A DNA stretch of 63,998 nucleotides, filler included, from a bacterium (GCA_027063545.1; 16 parts of 16 records of this genome joined end to end with filler, not necessarily neighbours in it); one strand, 5' to 3'; numbered from the whole stretch's first letter, positions 42,662 through 53,931 are shown. A program made the numbers and translations. Notes: a model not told the origin generated them from the letters alone.

Positions 42662-43204
42662 TCATTTAAAAACAATACCTAATTTTCTAGCAATTTCATA
42701 TAATAAAATAGCTGTTGTATTTGAAACATTCAAACTATTTTTATACCCATATACAGGAATCTCTAAAACCGCTTTTGTTTGTATTAAAATATGAGAAGCA
42801 ATACCTAAAGCCTCATTCCCAAAAATAAATGCAGATGGTAATTTTATATCATCATATTCAAACAAATTTTTACTTATCCTCGTTGTTTCTAAAGCATATA
42901 TATCTACCTTTTTTTCTTTTAAAAAATTGATAGCATCCTCAGTATATTTATAATATATCCAATCCACATACTTTTCTGCTCCCATAGCTGTTTTTTGAAC
43001 CTTGGGATTATCAGGGGTGGGAGTAGTTCCACATAGTAGTATCTTATTTACTCTTATAGCATCAGCAGTTCTTATAATATTACCAACATTATAGGCTGAT
43101 CTTAAATTATCTAATACTAAATAAATATCATTGGTAGGTAAACTATTCTTTTCTATAAAAAATTTATCAAAAGTTCTAATCTTATGTGCTTTTGTAGGTA
43201 TCAT
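42662..43204 (-). CDS. TrmH/SpoU-family RNA methyltransferase
   Basis: LDNLRSAYNVGNIIRTAD, FGNE, SLNVS. Confidence 0.92.
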   Translation of the reverse strand: MIPTKAHKIRTFDKFFIEKNSLPTNDIYLVLDNLRSAYNVGNIIRTADAIRVNKILLCGTTPTPDNPKVQKTAMGAEKYVDWIYYKYTEDAINFLKEKKVDIYALETTRISKNLFEYDDIKLPSAFIFGNEALGIASHILIQTKAVLEIPVYGYKNSLNVSNTTAILLYEIARKLGIVFK

Positions 43205-44513
43205 TTATATCTAAATACCTCTGATAAACTGCTTTACCATGAAAATATAAATTTTCAATCTCCGCAAACTTCTTTATCTTTAAAGCATTTTTTATTATTG
43301 CTTCTTTAGAATAAAAAATTAAACTACTTCTTTTAATAAAATCATAAACTCCTAATGGAGAAAAAAATCTCGCTGTAGAGGATGTTGGTAATACATGATT
43401 TGGTCCTGCCCAGTAATCTCCAACTGGTTCAGAAGAATATTCTCCCACAAAAATCGCTCCTGCATTTTTTATTTTGTTAAATACAACTTCTTCTATTAAA
43501 TCTTTATTCACAACTACTTCTAAATGTTCTGGAGCTATTTTATTAATAATATCTACTGCTTCATCTATATCTCTTGTTATAATTATTGCTCCATATCTTT
43601 CTAAAACTTCCTTTATTTCATTTTCATATTTAAAGCCATCAAGCTCCTTTTCTATAATATTTTGAACTTCTTTAGCTAATCTTTCACTTGTGGTAACCAA
43701 AATAGCAGATTCCATTCCCGAGCCATGCTCTGCCTGAGATAATAAATCTAAAGCTACCCATTGTGCATTTGCACTATCATCTGCTAACACTACTATCTCA
43801 GAAGGCCCTGCAATCATATCAATATCTACATACCCAAAAACTTCTCTTTTCGCCATTGCTACATAAATATTTCCTGGACCAACAATTTTATCCACCTTTC
43901 TTATAGTTTCTGTTCCAAAAGCTAAAGCTGCAATAGCCTGAGCTCCTCCAATTAGATAAACTTCATCTACTCCAGCTAAATATAAAGTAGCTCCTATAAT
44001 AGGATTATCAAAAAAATTCTTTGGTGGTGTAACAGCTACTATCCTTTTTACACCAGCTATTTTAGCAGGAACTACGTTCATTAAAACACTTGAAGGATAA
44101 AAAGCTTTACCTCCAGGGATATATACCCCTACACTATCTATTGGAGTAATTTTTTGACCTAACTTTACATTATTAGGAAATTCTTCTATCCAGGTAAATT
44201 CTAATTGATATCTATGATAATTTTTTATATTATCTTTTGCTTCTTTTAAAATATCCAAAATTTCTTTCGAAACTTTATTATATAGATCTTCTAAAATATC
44301 TTTTGTTATTATTAAATCGTTTATGTTAACATCCAACCCATCGTACTTTTTGGTAAATTCTATTATTGCTTCATCTTTTTTACTTTTTACCTTTTCTATA
44401 ATCTCCTTTACTACTTTTTCTATCTCTTCAGAAAATTCTATCTTTCGCTCCAATATATTATTTAATTTATTGTTTAATTTTTCATTTTCTTTTTTAATAT
44501 TAATTATGTCCAT
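43182..44513 (-). CDS. hisD: Histidinol dehydrogenase
   Basis: YIPGG, GPGNIYV, DMIAGPSE, QAEH, APEHL, GPNHVLPT. Confidence 0.97.
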   Translation of the reverse strand: MDIINIKKENEKLNNKLNNILERKIEFSEEIEKVVKEIIEKVKSKKDEAIIEFTKKYDGLDVNINDLIITKDILEDLYNKVSKEILDILKEAKDNIKNYHRYQLEFTWIEEFPNNVKLGQKITPIDSVGVYIPGGKAFYPSSVLMNVVPAKIAGVKRIVAVTPPKNFFDNPIIGATLYLAGVDEVYLIGGAQAIAALAFGTETIRKVDKIVGPGNIYVAMAKREVFGYVDIDMIAGPSEIVVLADDSANAQWVALDLLSQAEHGSGMESAILVTTSERLAKEVQNIIEKELDGFKYENEIKEVLERYGAIIITRDIDEAVDIINKIAPEHLEVVVNKDLIEEVVFNKIKNAGAIFVGEYSSEPVGDYWAGPNHVLPTSSTARFFSPLGVYDFIKRSSLIFYSKEAIIKNALKIKKFAEIENLYFHGKAVYQRYLDINDTYKST

Positions 44514-44544
44514 TTCCCTTCACCTCTTTTTATATAAAGAAAAT

Positions 44545-44583
44545 AAAAAAACCCTTATGACTCTCTCTTAGAGTCATAAGGGT
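44545..44583 (-). terminator. Terminator after rpsA
   Basis: ACCCTTATGACTCT-N5-AGAGTCATAAGGGT followed by a T run. Confidence 0.85.
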
Positions 44584-44634
44584 ATATATATAATTTTTCT
44601 TTTAACTCCCAGTTTTATTTTATTAAAAATACTT

Positions 44635-46338
44635 TTACTTTACTTTAGATACTTCTTTCCACCATTTTTCATATTCTTCATCACTATCAAAATAATCAAT
44701 AACACTTACAATTGCTTTATAATTATCTATATCATACTCTTTTATTTTTACAGGCACTTTATCACCAACATTAAATATACTACTTAATTTATTTATTTTC
44801 TTTTTAGTAATTTCACTAATAGGTAAAATAGCTTCAAATTCATTATTAATATCAACTATTACACTTTTTGGTAATACTCTTACTACTTCCGCTTCTACCT
44901 TTATACCTACAGGGTATTTTTCAATTATTTTATCCCAAGGATTCTCTTGTGTCTGTTTATAGCCTAAAGAAATCTTTCTTTCATTTTTATCTATATTCAA
45001 CACAACAACTTCAATTTCATCACCTTTCTTAAACATTTTACTTGGATCTATATATCTCTTTGTCCATGATAAATCAGAAGTATGAACTAGCCCATCTATA
45101 CCACCTGGTAATTCTACAAACACTCCAAAATTTGTTATATTACATACCTTACCTTTTACTTTTGAACCTACTGGAAACTTTTCTTCTATATTTTGCCAAG
45201 GATCCTCTCCTAATTGTTTTAAACCTAAAGAGATCTTTCTCTCTTTCTTATCAATTGAGAGAATTTTTGCTTTTACTTTATCTCCTTCTTTATATACATC
45301 TCTAGGCTTTTGATCTGGAGCTAAAGGTATTTCTGAAACATGTATTAATCCTTCAATACCTGGTTCTAACTCTACAAAAACACCATAATCAGTTACAGCA
45401 ACCACTGTTCCCTCTATAACATCACCTACTTTATACTTATCACCTACTCTTTCCCATGGATGTGGTTCAAGCTGTTTTAATCCCAATGATATTCTTTCCT
45501 TCTTTTCATCAAAGCCTAAAATTTTAACTTTTATTCTATCACCTACCTTAAAATATTGAGAGGGATGTTTTACTCTACCCCAAGAGATATCTGTAATATG
45601 TAAAAGTCCATCTGCCCCACCTAAATCAATAAATACTCCATAATCTGTAACATTTTTTACAATACCTTCTCTCACCTGTCCTACTTGGAGCTCTTTCAAT
45701 AATTGTTCTCTCATTTTTTCTCTTTCTTCTTCTAATATAATTCTTCTAGACACTACTATATTCTTTCTTAATTTATTTATCTTAACAATTTTAACATCTA
45801 TTTCTTTTCCAACCCATTCATCCATATTTGGTATTGGTTTAATATCAATTTGACTACCTGGTAAAAAGGCATCAACACCTAATAAATCAACTAGCATTCC
45901 TCCTTTAATTCTCTTTAAAATCTTTGCCTTTAATATTGTTCCTTCCTTGTAGTATCTTTCAATATCATCCCATAACAAGATATATCTAGCCTTTAACATT
46001 GAAATCTTAACCTTACCTTCTTCATCTTCCAAAGCTTCTAAATATACATCAATCTCATCTCCAACTTTATATTTTGAAATATCTCTAAACTCTGATAATG
46101 GAATTACACCCTCACTCTTATATCCAATATCAACAAAGACACCCTCTTCTGTAATTGCAACAATAACTCCTTTTATAACCTTTCCTTCTTCATAAACAGT
46201 TACAGCCTGTTTTAATTTCTCATCAATCTTTTCATCCTTAATTGTACTATCTTTTTCTTTTTGCCATAACTCTTCAACTTCCTTTGGGTCTTTATAAATC
46301 TTCTCTCCCGGTAAAATCTGACTTAAATCTACACTCAT
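44635..46338 (-). CDS. rpsA: 30S ribosomal protein S1
   Basis: Six S1 repeats (DIGYKSEG, AFLPGSQ, DGLLHITDISW, etc.). Confidence 0.96.
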   Translation of the reverse strand: MSVDLSQILPGEKIYKDPKEVEELWQKEKDSTIKDEKIDEKLKQAVTVYEEGKVIKGVIVAITEEGVFVDIGYKSEGVIPLSEFRDISKYKVGDEIDVYLEALEDEEGKVKISMLKARYILLWDDIERYYKEGTILKAKILKRIKGGMLVDLLGVDAFLPGSQIDIKPIPNMDEWVGKEIDVKIVKINKLRKNIVVSRRIILEEEREKMREQLLKELQVGQVREGIVKNVTDYGVFIDLGGADGLLHITDISWGRVKHPSQYFKVGDRIKVKILGFDEKKERISLGLKQLEPHPWERVGDKYKVGDVIEGTVVAVTDYGVFVELEPGIEGLIHVSEIPLAPDQKPRDVYKEGDKVKAKILSIDKKERKISLGLKQLGEDPWQNIEEKFPVGSKVKGKVCNITNFGVFVELPGGIDGLVHTSDLSWTKRYIDPSKMFKKGDEIEVVVLNIDKNERKISLGYKQTQENPWDKIIEKYPVGIKVEAEVVRVLPKSVIVDINNEFEAILPISEITKKKINKLSSIFNVGDKVPVKIKEYDIDNYKAIVSVIDYFDSDEEYEKWWKEVSKVK

Positions 46339-46374
46339 ACTATATACCTCCTTACATTTTTTTCTTCTCTATAT

Positions 46375-47289
46375 TTACATTTTTTTTATTGAAATTTCAA
46401 CATCTTTTATAATCCAATCAGGAGTAGAAGCACCTGCACTTATTCCAACTCTTTTTACATCTTTAAACCATTCAGGATTTAATTCATCCTTTGTTTCTAT
46501 AAAATATGCCTTTTTAGCTTCTTTTTTTGCTATAGAATATAATTTATTAGTATTTGAGGAATTTTTTCCTCCTATAACTATTATTAAATCTACTATCTTA
46601 GCTAATCTTCTTGTTGCTTCTTGTCTTTTTCTTGTAGCATCACAAATAGTGTTATATACCTTTATATTCTCAACTAGAGGCATAATATCATTTATTATGT
46701 TTTTATAATCTTCTATTTTTAGTGTTGTCTGAGCTACAAAGCCTACCCTCTTATATTTTACCACTCTATCTTCTCTTATATCTACCAAATCCTCTGCCTT
46801 AAAAATCTTATACTCTAAAAACTCAACCCTTTCGTTTTCTGGTATATTATAATATTCTTCTGGGTCTATTACTATTGTATTATTTCCATAAGATACTAAT
46901 CCTTTAACCTCTGGATGTTCAGGTTTGCCTACCACAACAACCTTATAACCTTCTTTTGATAGATTTGCCACATACATTTGAGCTTTTTTTACAAAAGGAC
47001 ATGTGGCATCTATTATTTTTAAATTCTTTTCCTTAGCCTTTTCAAATTCTTCTTTAGGAATTCCATGAGACCTTATTATGACATAGCTATTATCTGGAAC
47101 CTCATCTATACTATTAACCGTAATTACTCCTAACTTTTTCAATCTTTCTACTTCTTGAGGATTATGAATAATTGGACCAAGGCTGTATAATATAACATTA
47201 TCCTTAGCCTCTTTTAATATCATATTTATTGCTCTTTTTACTCCAAAACAAAATCCTAAATCCTCAGCTCTTACTATCTCAATACTCAT
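46375..47289 (-). CDS. ispH: HMBPP reductase
   Basis: GFCFGVKRA, DATCPFV, NTICDAT, SSNT, AGASTP. Confidence 0.96.
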   Translation of the reverse strand: MSIEIVRAEDLGFCFGVKRAINMILKEAKDNVILYSLGPIIHNPQEVERLKKLGVITVNSIDEVPDNSYVIIRSHGIPKEEFEKAKEKNLKIIDATCPFVKKAQMYVANLSKEGYKVVVVGKPEHPEVKGLVSYGNNTIVIDPEEYYNIPENERVEFLEYKIFKAEDLVDIREDRVVKYKRVGFVAQTTLKIEDYKNIINDIMPLVENIKVYNTICDATRKRQEATRRLAKIVDLIIVIGGKNSSNTNKLYSIAKKEAKKAYFIETKDELNPEWFKDVKRVGISAGASTPDWIIKDVEISIKKM

Positions 47290-47972
47290 TTTTCAATTTG
47301 TTTTAAAACATAATCAACTACAAACTTTACTTGTTCATCTATAGTCATATTGGTAGTATCTACTTCTATCGCATCATCAGCTTTTTTTAAAGGACTATCC
47401 TCTCTTGTTTGATCTAGGTAATCTCTTCTTTTTATATCCTCAAGTACTTTTTCATAAGTAATATCTATATTTTTTTCTTTAAATTCCTTCCATCTTCTTT
47501 TTGCTCTCTCTTCTGCAGACGCTGTAAAGAAAAATTTAAAATCAGCATTTGGAAATACAACTGTGCCTATATCTCTACCATCTAATATACAACTATTTTT
47601 AGCTCCATACTCTCTCTGTTTTTCTACCAATACTCTTCTAACTTCACTAACTGCACAATAATCTGAAACTGCTCTTGTTATATCAGGAGTCCTTATTATA
47701 TCAGAGATATCTTCATTATTTACTATTATTACTTCTTTATCTCCATCAAAATAGAATTTGAAATCTAAACTTTTTGCTAACTCTTCAAGACGCTTTTTAT
47801 CAATTAAAGGAATATTATTTTTTAATGCAAAATAAGTTAAAGCTCGATACATTGAACCTGTATTTAAGTAAGATATACCTAAAATTTGAGCAACCTTTTT
47901 GGCTGTAGTACTCTTTCCACTAGCTGCTGGTCCATCTATAGCTATAATTATATGTTTATCTTTTGGAATCAT
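47286..47972 (-). CDS. cmk: Cytidylate kinase
   Basis: IDGPAASGKST, DGRDIGTVVFP. Confidence 0.96.
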   Translation of the reverse strand: MIPKDKHIIIAIDGPAASGKSTTAKKVAQILGISYLNTGSMYRALTYFALKNNIPLIDKKRLEELAKSLDFKFYFDGDKEVIIVNNEDISDIIRTPDITRAVSDYCAVSEVRRVLVEKQREYGAKNSCILDGRDIGTVVFPNADFKFFFTASAEERAKRRWKEFKEKNIDITYEKVLEDIKRRDYLDQTREDSPLKKADDAIEVDTTNMTIDEQVKFVVDYVLKQIEK

Positions 47973-48013
47973 AAGTAATAAAAAATAAATTTATTTATAT
48001 AAAAATCAAAAAA

Positions 48014-48892
48014 TTATCTATAATTAGTTAAAAACCCTAAAGCCTTATCGAGTTCATCAATAGGAACTAATGTATCAAAGCATGGGCCATTAATTCTGAT
48101 ATTTAAGATACCATATACTGGTATTGGATAAGCATCTATTATTCCCTCTACCAAATCCCTTTCACAAGCAACAGCAACTATTACTGTTGGTCTTACCTCA
48201 ACAATTATTTTTCTTGCTAGTGTACCTCCTGTTGCTACCTTTACATTCTCAATACCATATTTTTCTGCTAAATCAAGGATATACTTAATATCGCATTTTC
48301 CACATTTTGCACAATTTTTTATATCTATTGTTATTCTATAAGGGCATTTATGCCATTGAATACAATGGGGAAGAAGAATTAAAACCCTTTTACTAGATAT
48401 TCGACCTGCCTTTGCTAGAGCTTCAATCATTGCATTATTTACAGTAACAAAACTATTTCCTATTTCATCCCGAGAGAAACCTAAAAAACCTCCAAGAATA
48501 TAAGTAATAGGATAAAGAACCTTAACAGTTATACTCTTTTCACTATGAGGATATAAAAAATCTCTTTTTGTTAATACTGTTAAGAAAATTAAAGATAATC
48601 CTCCAAATATAATAATTAAAAATAAAATTCCTAAAAATGTAATTCCATATGCTAAATACGGATGAAATTCATAAAGTCTAGGATATATTAAATAAAGAAT
48701 AACACCTTCTACAACTGCTAAAATAAAAAAACTTAAATAGGATAAAAAGAAAAATATTCTCGGATTTGTGATATCTTTAATTCTTTTTGCAATTTCTGGA
48801 GGAAGGGCTTTATAACATGTAATCTGTTTAGGAAAACTTTTTTTAGCTTCCTCTATCTCTTTTGCTAATTCTTTTAATGAAGGTTCTCCCAT
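48014..48892 (-). CDS. DUF116 family membrane protein
   Basis: LLPHC, CAKCGKC, ATGGTLA, AVACERDL. Confidence 0.85.
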   Translation of the reverse strand: MGEPSLKELAKEIEEAKKSFPKQITCYKALPPEIAKRIKDITNPRIFFFLSYLSFFILAVVEGVILYLIYPRLYEFHPYLAYGITFLGILFLIIIFGGLSLIFLTVLTKRDFLYPHSEKSITVKVLYPITYILGGFLGFSRDEIGNSFVTVNNAMIEALAKAGRISSKRVLILLPHCIQWHKCPYRITIDIKNCAKCGKCDIKYILDLAEKYGIENVKVATGGTLARKIIVEVRPTVIVAVACERDLVEGIIDAYPIPVYGILNIRINGPCFDTLVPIDELDKALGFLTNYR

Positions 48893-48906
48893 CTATTTCA
48901 ACCTTT

Positions 48907-50232
48907 TTATAATAGACCTTTCATTTTCTTTGCAACCTCAGGTTCTTCTCTTAAAGCACAGAACTTTCCACACATTGTACATTTTTCCTCATCTCCACTT
49001 GGTGGTCTTTTTTCTCTATAACTTCTTGCCTTCTCAGGATCAAAGGTTAATGAAAAAATCTCTTCCCATCTAAATACTCTTTTTGCTTTTGCCATTTTAA
49101 TCTCTTTTTCCCATGCCTGAGGTTTTCCCCTCGCTACATCTGCAGCATGGGCTGCAATCTTTGAAGCAATTACACCTTCTTTAACATCATTCACATCAGG
49201 AAGAGCTAAATGCTCTGCTGGAGTAAGATAACATAAAAAATCTGCTCCTTCCATTGCTGCCAAAGCGCCTCCTATAGCACCTGCTATATGATCATATCCA
49301 ATAGAAATATCTGTCACAAGAGGTCCAAGTATATAAAACGGAGCCCCTTTTGTCAATGACTTCATTATTTTTATATTTTCAACAACCATATTTAAAGGAA
49401 CATGTCCTGGACCTTCTACCATTACCTGAACTCCATACTCCCTAGCTTTTTCTACTAATTCTGCCAATACTATAAGTTCTGAAATTTGCCCTTTATCTGT
49501 TGCATCTATTGTCGCGCCTGGCCTAAATCCATCCCCTAAAGACAAGGTTACGTTATATTCCTTTGCCATTTCTAAGATTTTATCAAAATGTTCATATAGA
49601 GGATTCTCTTTTTCATTATAAACTATCCATCTTGCTAAAATTGAGCCTCCTCTTGAAACTATCCCTTCAATACGCTTGGAGGCTATAAGATGTTTTACAG
49701 TCTCTTTTGTTACTCCAGCATGAATTGTAATAAAATCTATACCATCTGTGATATGCTTCTCAAATGCTTTTAAGATTTCATCAACAGTCATATGAAGAAT
49801 ACTCTTCTTATGGATTTCTACAGCCTCTACCGCAGCAGAATAAATAGGAACACTTCCCACCGGTACATCTGACAATTCTAATATCCTTTTTCTTATCTCA
49901 TCCAAATCACCACCTGTAGAAAGATCCATTACTGCATCAGCACCATATTTTATTGCTACTTTTAATTTCTTCAACTCTTCATCTAAATTATGATAATCAT
50001 CTGATGTTCCTATATTTGCATTTACCTTAACTAAGAGACCCTCACCTATTGCTAAAGGTTTTTTTATTCTTTTTAACCTTTTTTTATTTCCAACAACAAC
50101 AATTGTTCCCTTTTCTATTCCCTCAATTAGATGCTCTTCAGAAACCTTCTCATATTCTGCTGCTTTTTTTAAATATTCTCTAAAATCAGGATCATTTAAA
50201 ATTTCATATTTATAATTCTTTTGCAGATACAT
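48907..50232 (-). CDS. thiC: Phosphomethylpyrimidine synthase
   Basis: KVNANIGTS, MDLSTGG, SRGG, EGPGH, CTMCGKFC. Confidence 0.97.
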   Translation of the reverse strand: MYLQKNYKYEILNDPDFREYLKKAAEYEKVSEEHLIEGIEKGTIVVVGNKKRLKRIKKPLAIGEGLLVKVNANIGTSDDYHNLDEELKKLKVAIKYGADAVMDLSTGGDLDEIRKRILELSDVPVGSVPIYSAAVEAVEIHKKSILHMTVDEILKAFEKHITDGIDFITIHAGVTKETVKHLIASKRIEGIVSRGGSILARWIVYNEKENPLYEHFDKILEMAKEYNVTLSLGDGFRPGATIDATDKGQISELIVLAELVEKAREYGVQVMVEGPGHVPLNMVVENIKIMKSLTKGAPFYILGPLVTDISIGYDHIAGAIGGALAAMEGADFLCYLTPAEHLALPDVNDVKEGVIASKIAAHAADVARGKPQAWEKEIKMAKAKRVFRWEEIFSLTFDPEKARSYREKRPPSGDEEKCTMCGKFCALREEPEVAKKMKGLL

Positions 50233-50246
50233 AATTATATCTCCTT

Positions 50247-51281
50247 TTACCTTAAACTCCAGTTACTAACAAAAATAAAATCTTTTTCTGTAATTTGTGG
50301 TAAATTTTTTGTCTCAATTCTGAATATCTCTTTCTCATTTAAGTTATCATCTAGTTGTATAACAGTTAAAACATCCTGTGAATACTTCTTACCATAAAAA
50401 TATAAAATACTAAGAGCAGAAGTAAGAAAATTATTATCATAAATTTTTTCTAGTAGAGCTACAGGCCCTTTATTGTTAAGAGACTTTACAAAGAAAAGTT
50501 TATCTTTATTCTTCTTGAAAATAGTGTGGTAAAATAATTTTCCTTCTTCCTCCGTTCTTGAAAGAATAATCTTCCCCATACCTGGTACTCTTAAATGCCT
50601 TCCAAGTTTTAGTAAGAATATATCAAAAGGCTCTATATCTCTATAGGTAGTATTATCTAAAAGTTCTTTCAATTTTTTAGAATAACCAACCTCTGTCAAT
50701 AAACAACCTCCTCCTGGTGAAGGATAATTTAATCCAAACTCCTCTGCTAATTTCATTTGTCTTTCTCTTGATCTTCCTTTTATATCTAAAAGCTTCTCTC
50801 TATCAACCCATCCTTCTCGTTCTGGTAAAGTTGGCTCTAAAAGTTTTGCTGAAAGAGGTCTTAAGGTTATATCTCCTAAAAAAGTGAGTTTATCCACCAT
50901 TCTAAGAGCCTCTTTTCTCTGAGATTTAGGACGTTGCCCTAAAACCTCTCCAGTTATTATAAAATGGCCTCCAATCTCATCTAAATACTCTTTTGCTGTT
51001 TTTATCTGCATAGCATGACAATCTATACATGGATTTAATGCTTTTCCAAAACCATAAACATTATTTTTTATCACATCAAGTTGCTTTTTTGTTATATCAA
51101 TAATCTTAATAGGAAGATTAAGTTGTTTTATATAAGATATACGAGAACTTAACTTAGAAGAAAAGAAATAACTCTGAAAATGAACAACATGGACCTCTAT
51201 GCCTTGCATAGCAATCAGTTTTGCTGCCAATAAACTATCAAGCCCCCCAGACACTAAAGCCACCGCCTTTATATTAGTCAT
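50247..51281 (-). CDS. ThiI-like PP-loop tRNA sulfurtransferase (DUF814-associated family)
   Basis: SGGLDS, PCIDCH, TGEVLGQRPKSQ, PGGGCLLT. Confidence 0.8.
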   Translation of the reverse strand: MTNIKAVALVSGGLDSLLAAKLIAMQGIEVHVVHFQSYFFSSKLSSRISYIKQLNLPIKIIDITKKQLDVIKNNVYGFGKALNPCIDCHAMQIKTAKEYLDEIGGHFIITGEVLGQRPKSQRKEALRMVDKLTFLGDITLRPLSAKLLEPTLPEREGWVDREKLLDIKGRSRERQMKLAEEFGLNYPSPGGGCLLTEVGYSKKLKELLDNTTYRDIEPFDIFLLKLGRHLRVPGMGKIILSRTEEEGKLFYHTIFKKNKDKLFFVKSLNNKGPVALLEKIYDNNFLTSALSILYFYGKKYSQDVLTVIQLDDNLNEKEIFRIETKNLPQITEKDFIFVSNWSLR

Positions 51282-51335
51282 TTCTACTACCCTTGTTTTA
51301 TTTTAAATATTATAGTTTTAGTAGTATTTAAATAT

Positions 51336-51371
51336 AAAAAAATAAGCGACTACCCTTTAAAGGATAGCCGC
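51336..51371 (-). terminator. Terminator after rplQ
   Basis: GCGGCTATCCTT-TA-AAGGGTAGTCGC followed by TTATTTTTTT. Confidence 0.75.
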
Positions 51372-51408
51372 CTCTTTAGAATTATTTTCCATTCTAAATT
51401 TTATAAAT

Positions 51409-51816
51409 TTATTTGCTTTCTTCTGTTGAAGCCTCTTCATTCTTGCTCGCTATCTTGTCATAATCAACCAATTCAATTATAGCAAGTTCGCTATTATCTC
51501 CTCTTCTTCTTTTATCTAATTTATAAATCCTTGTATATCCTCCATTTCTTTCTAAATAAATAGGTGCTATTTCATTAAATAATTTATACATAGCCTCTTT
51601 TTTATATAAAAACTTTAAAGCCAGTCTTCTCGCTGCTAAAGTATTCTTTTTCCCATAAGTAATAAGTCTTTCTACTAAAGATCTAACTGCTTTTGCTTTT
51701 ACTAATGTTGTTGTAATCCTTCCATATAAAATTAAATCAGTAGCCAAATTTCTAAGAACTGCTTCTCTATGTTCTTTTAATCTTGATAACTTCTTTACTT
51801 TCTTTCTATGACGCAT
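51409..51816 (-). CDS. rplQ: 50S ribosomal protein L17
   Basis: MRHRK...ITTT..KAK...RNGGYTRI. Confidence 0.97.
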   Translation of the reverse strand: MRHRKKVKKLSRLKEHREAVLRNLATDLILYGRITTTLVKAKAVRSLVERLITYGKKNTLAARRLALKFLYKKEAMYKLFNEIAPIYLERNGGYTRIYKLDKRRRGDNSELAIIELVDYDKIASKNEEASTEESK

Positions 51817-51846
51817 ACCTTCTCTCCTATAAAGAATTTAATGTTT

Positions 51847-52830
51847 TTAATCGTTCATTATCTCTTCTACTTCTTTTTTCATACCAAGTCTTAATCCTAA
51901 TCTCTTCAATACATCATTAATCTCTTCTAATGACTTCTTCCCAAAATTTTTTAACTTTAATATTTCATCTTCTTCATATTTTACTAAATCTGCTAATGTC
52001 TCAATATTTGCACTCTTTAAACAATTTGTACTTCTTACAGATAACTCTAATTCAGATATTTTCATAGATAATAGCCTCTTCATTTGCTCTTTCTTTTCAT
52101 CTACCTCAACAACTTCCTCTTCTTCTATTTCTATTGTATTAAAAATAAATAAGTTAAAATGATCAATTAAAACATTCGCTGCATATGATATAGCTTCATC
52201 AGGTGTTATACTTCCATCTGTCCATACATTTAAAATAAGTCTTTCTAAATCTGTTCTTTTTCCAACTCTAACATTTTCTATATAAAATGATACTTTTTCT
52301 ACTGGAGAATATAATGTATCCATCCAAATATATCCCACAGGAACATCATCAGTTACCTCATGTTCTTCTTCAGGAACATAACCTCTTCCAATATTTACAT
52401 ATATTTCCATATCAAGAACACCATCTTTATTAAGCTCTGCTATATGAAGATCTGGATTTACAATTTCAACTCCTGCAGGGGTTTCTATATCAGCAGCTTT
52501 TACTTCTCCGGGACCCTTTACTTGTAACTTTAAGGTTGCTTCTTCTAAATCTCCACCTAATTTTACTCTTAGCTTTTTTAAATTTAAAATAATCTCTGTA
52601 ACATCTTCTCTAACACCAGGAATTGTAGAAAACTCAGTCAATACTCCTTCTATTTTTACCCTGACAACTCCAGCTCCTGGAATTGAAGATAATAAAACTC
52701 TTCTTAAAGCATTTCCTATTGTTGTAGCATATCCCTTTTCTAATGGTTCTATATAATAAGTAGCAAATCTATCGTTAGAATTTTTGTCCTTCTTAACATC
52801 AGATGGCATATTTAACTTTTTCCATTTCAT
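51847..52830 (-). CDS. rpoA: RNA polymerase alpha subunit
   Basis: EPLEKG...GNALRRVLLSS, LELSVRS.NCLK, NFGKKSL. Confidence 0.97.
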   Translation of the reverse strand: MKWKKLNMPSDVKKDKNSNDRFATYYIEPLEKGYATTIGNALRRVLLSSIPGAGVVRVKIEGVLTEFSTIPGVREDVTEIILNLKKLRVKLGGDLEEATLKLQVKGPGEVKAADIETPAGVEIVNPDLHIAELNKDGVLDMEIYVNIGRGYVPEEEHEVTDDVPVGYIWMDTLYSPVEKVSFYIENVRVGKRTDLERLILNVWTDGSITPDEAISYAANVLIDHFNLFIFNTIEIEEEEVVEVDEKKEQMKRLLSMKISELELSVRSTNCLKSANIETLADLVKYEEDEILKLKNFGKKSLEEINDVLKRLGLRLGMKKEVEEIMND

Positions 52831-52867
52831 AGCAACCTTATCCCTCCGAAAAAATTCTTTTTAATTA

Positions 52868-53488
52868 TTATTTAGAATATAACTCTATTATTAAACTCAC
52901 ATTTAACCAAGGCACTGCTTCTTCTCTAATAGGCTTCCCAATAACCTTAGCACTTTGAGTAGCCTTATTGACTTCTAACCATGAAGGTATTTCTTTTCTT
53001 TCCTTCAAAGTATTAACAATTATTTCTAAATTTTTCTCTTTTGTTTTTGGTTTTACTTCAAAAACATCACCTTCTTTTAATAAAGTAGAAGGAATATTAA
53101 CCTTTTTTCCATTTAATAAGAAATGACCATGTGTAACAAGTTGTCTTGCTGCAGCTAATGTAGGAGCAAATCCTGCTCTATATACCATTACATCAAATCT
53201 TCTTTCTAATAATTCAATAAAATTATCCCCTACGTTACCACCCATTCTTGTTGCTTTATCGAAATAATTTCTGAACTGTCTTTCAGACACACCATAAAAA
53301 AATCTTGCTTTTTGCTTTTCCATTAATTGAAGACCATATTGGGATAACTTTTTATTAGCATTTAACCTACCATGTTGTCCTGGTGGATAAGGTCTCTTTT
53401 TTAATATTTTATCAAACTTTGGATTTCCAAAGATATTTATTCCAAATTTTCTTACTAATTTTGCTCTTGGTCCTGTATATCTTGCCAT
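52868..53488 (-). CDS. rpsD: 30S ribosomal protein S4
   Basis: MARYTGP, PPGQHG, ARQLVTHGH. Confidence 0.97.
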   Translation of the reverse strand: MARYTGPRAKLVRKFGINIFGNPKFDKILKKRPYPPGQHGRLNANKKLSQYGLQLMEKQKARFFYGVSERQFRNYFDKATRMGGNVGDNFIELLERRFDVMVYRAGFAPTLAAARQLVTHGHFLLNGKKVNIPSTLLKEGDVFEVKPKTKEKNLEIIVNTLKERKEIPSWLEVNKATQSAKVIGKPIREEAVPWLNVSLIIELYSK

Positions 53489-53518
53489 AGATTCATTCCT
53501 CCAAATTTAACTATAGTT

Positions 53519-53896
53519 TTATACTCTTCTCTTTTTTCTTGGTCTACAACCATTATGAGGTATTGGAGTTACATCCTTTATTGCTACTATTTTTAATCCT
53601 GTATTAGCTATAGCTCTTATAGCTGTTTCTCTACCACCACCAGCACCTTTAATATAAATCTCAACTTCTTTTACTCCTCTATCTAATATTTCCTTAGAAA
53701 CTTTTTCTGCTGCAAGTTGTGCAGCATAAGGTGTTGATTTTCTAGCCCCTTTAAATCCTACAGTTCCTCCAGAAGCCCATGCAATTACATCACCTTTTTC
53801 ATCTGTAGCAGTAATTATAGTATTATTAAAACTACATTTTACATAAATTCTTCCTCTAGTACCTACATACTTTTTCTTCTTTTTCTTATCTGCCAT
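53519..53896 (-). CDS. rpsK: 30S ribosomal protein S11
   Basis: [25 protein letters not shown]. Confidence 0.97.
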   Translation of the reverse strand: MADKKKKKKYVGTRGRIYVKCSFNNTIITATDEKGDVIAWASGGTVGFKGARKSTPYAAQLAAEKVSKEILDRGVKEVEIYIKGAGGGRETAIRAIANTGLKIVAIKDVTPIPHNGCRPRKKRRV

Positions 53897-53931
53897 ATCT
53901 TTTCCCTCTCAATTTTTTATTGTTTCATCTC

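Noticed and set aside
50232-51400. TPP riboswitch expected upstream of thiC
   Set aside because: thiC follows the ThiI-like gene by 14 nt, and I see no TPP aptamer core (CTGAGA...) there or upstream of that gene.
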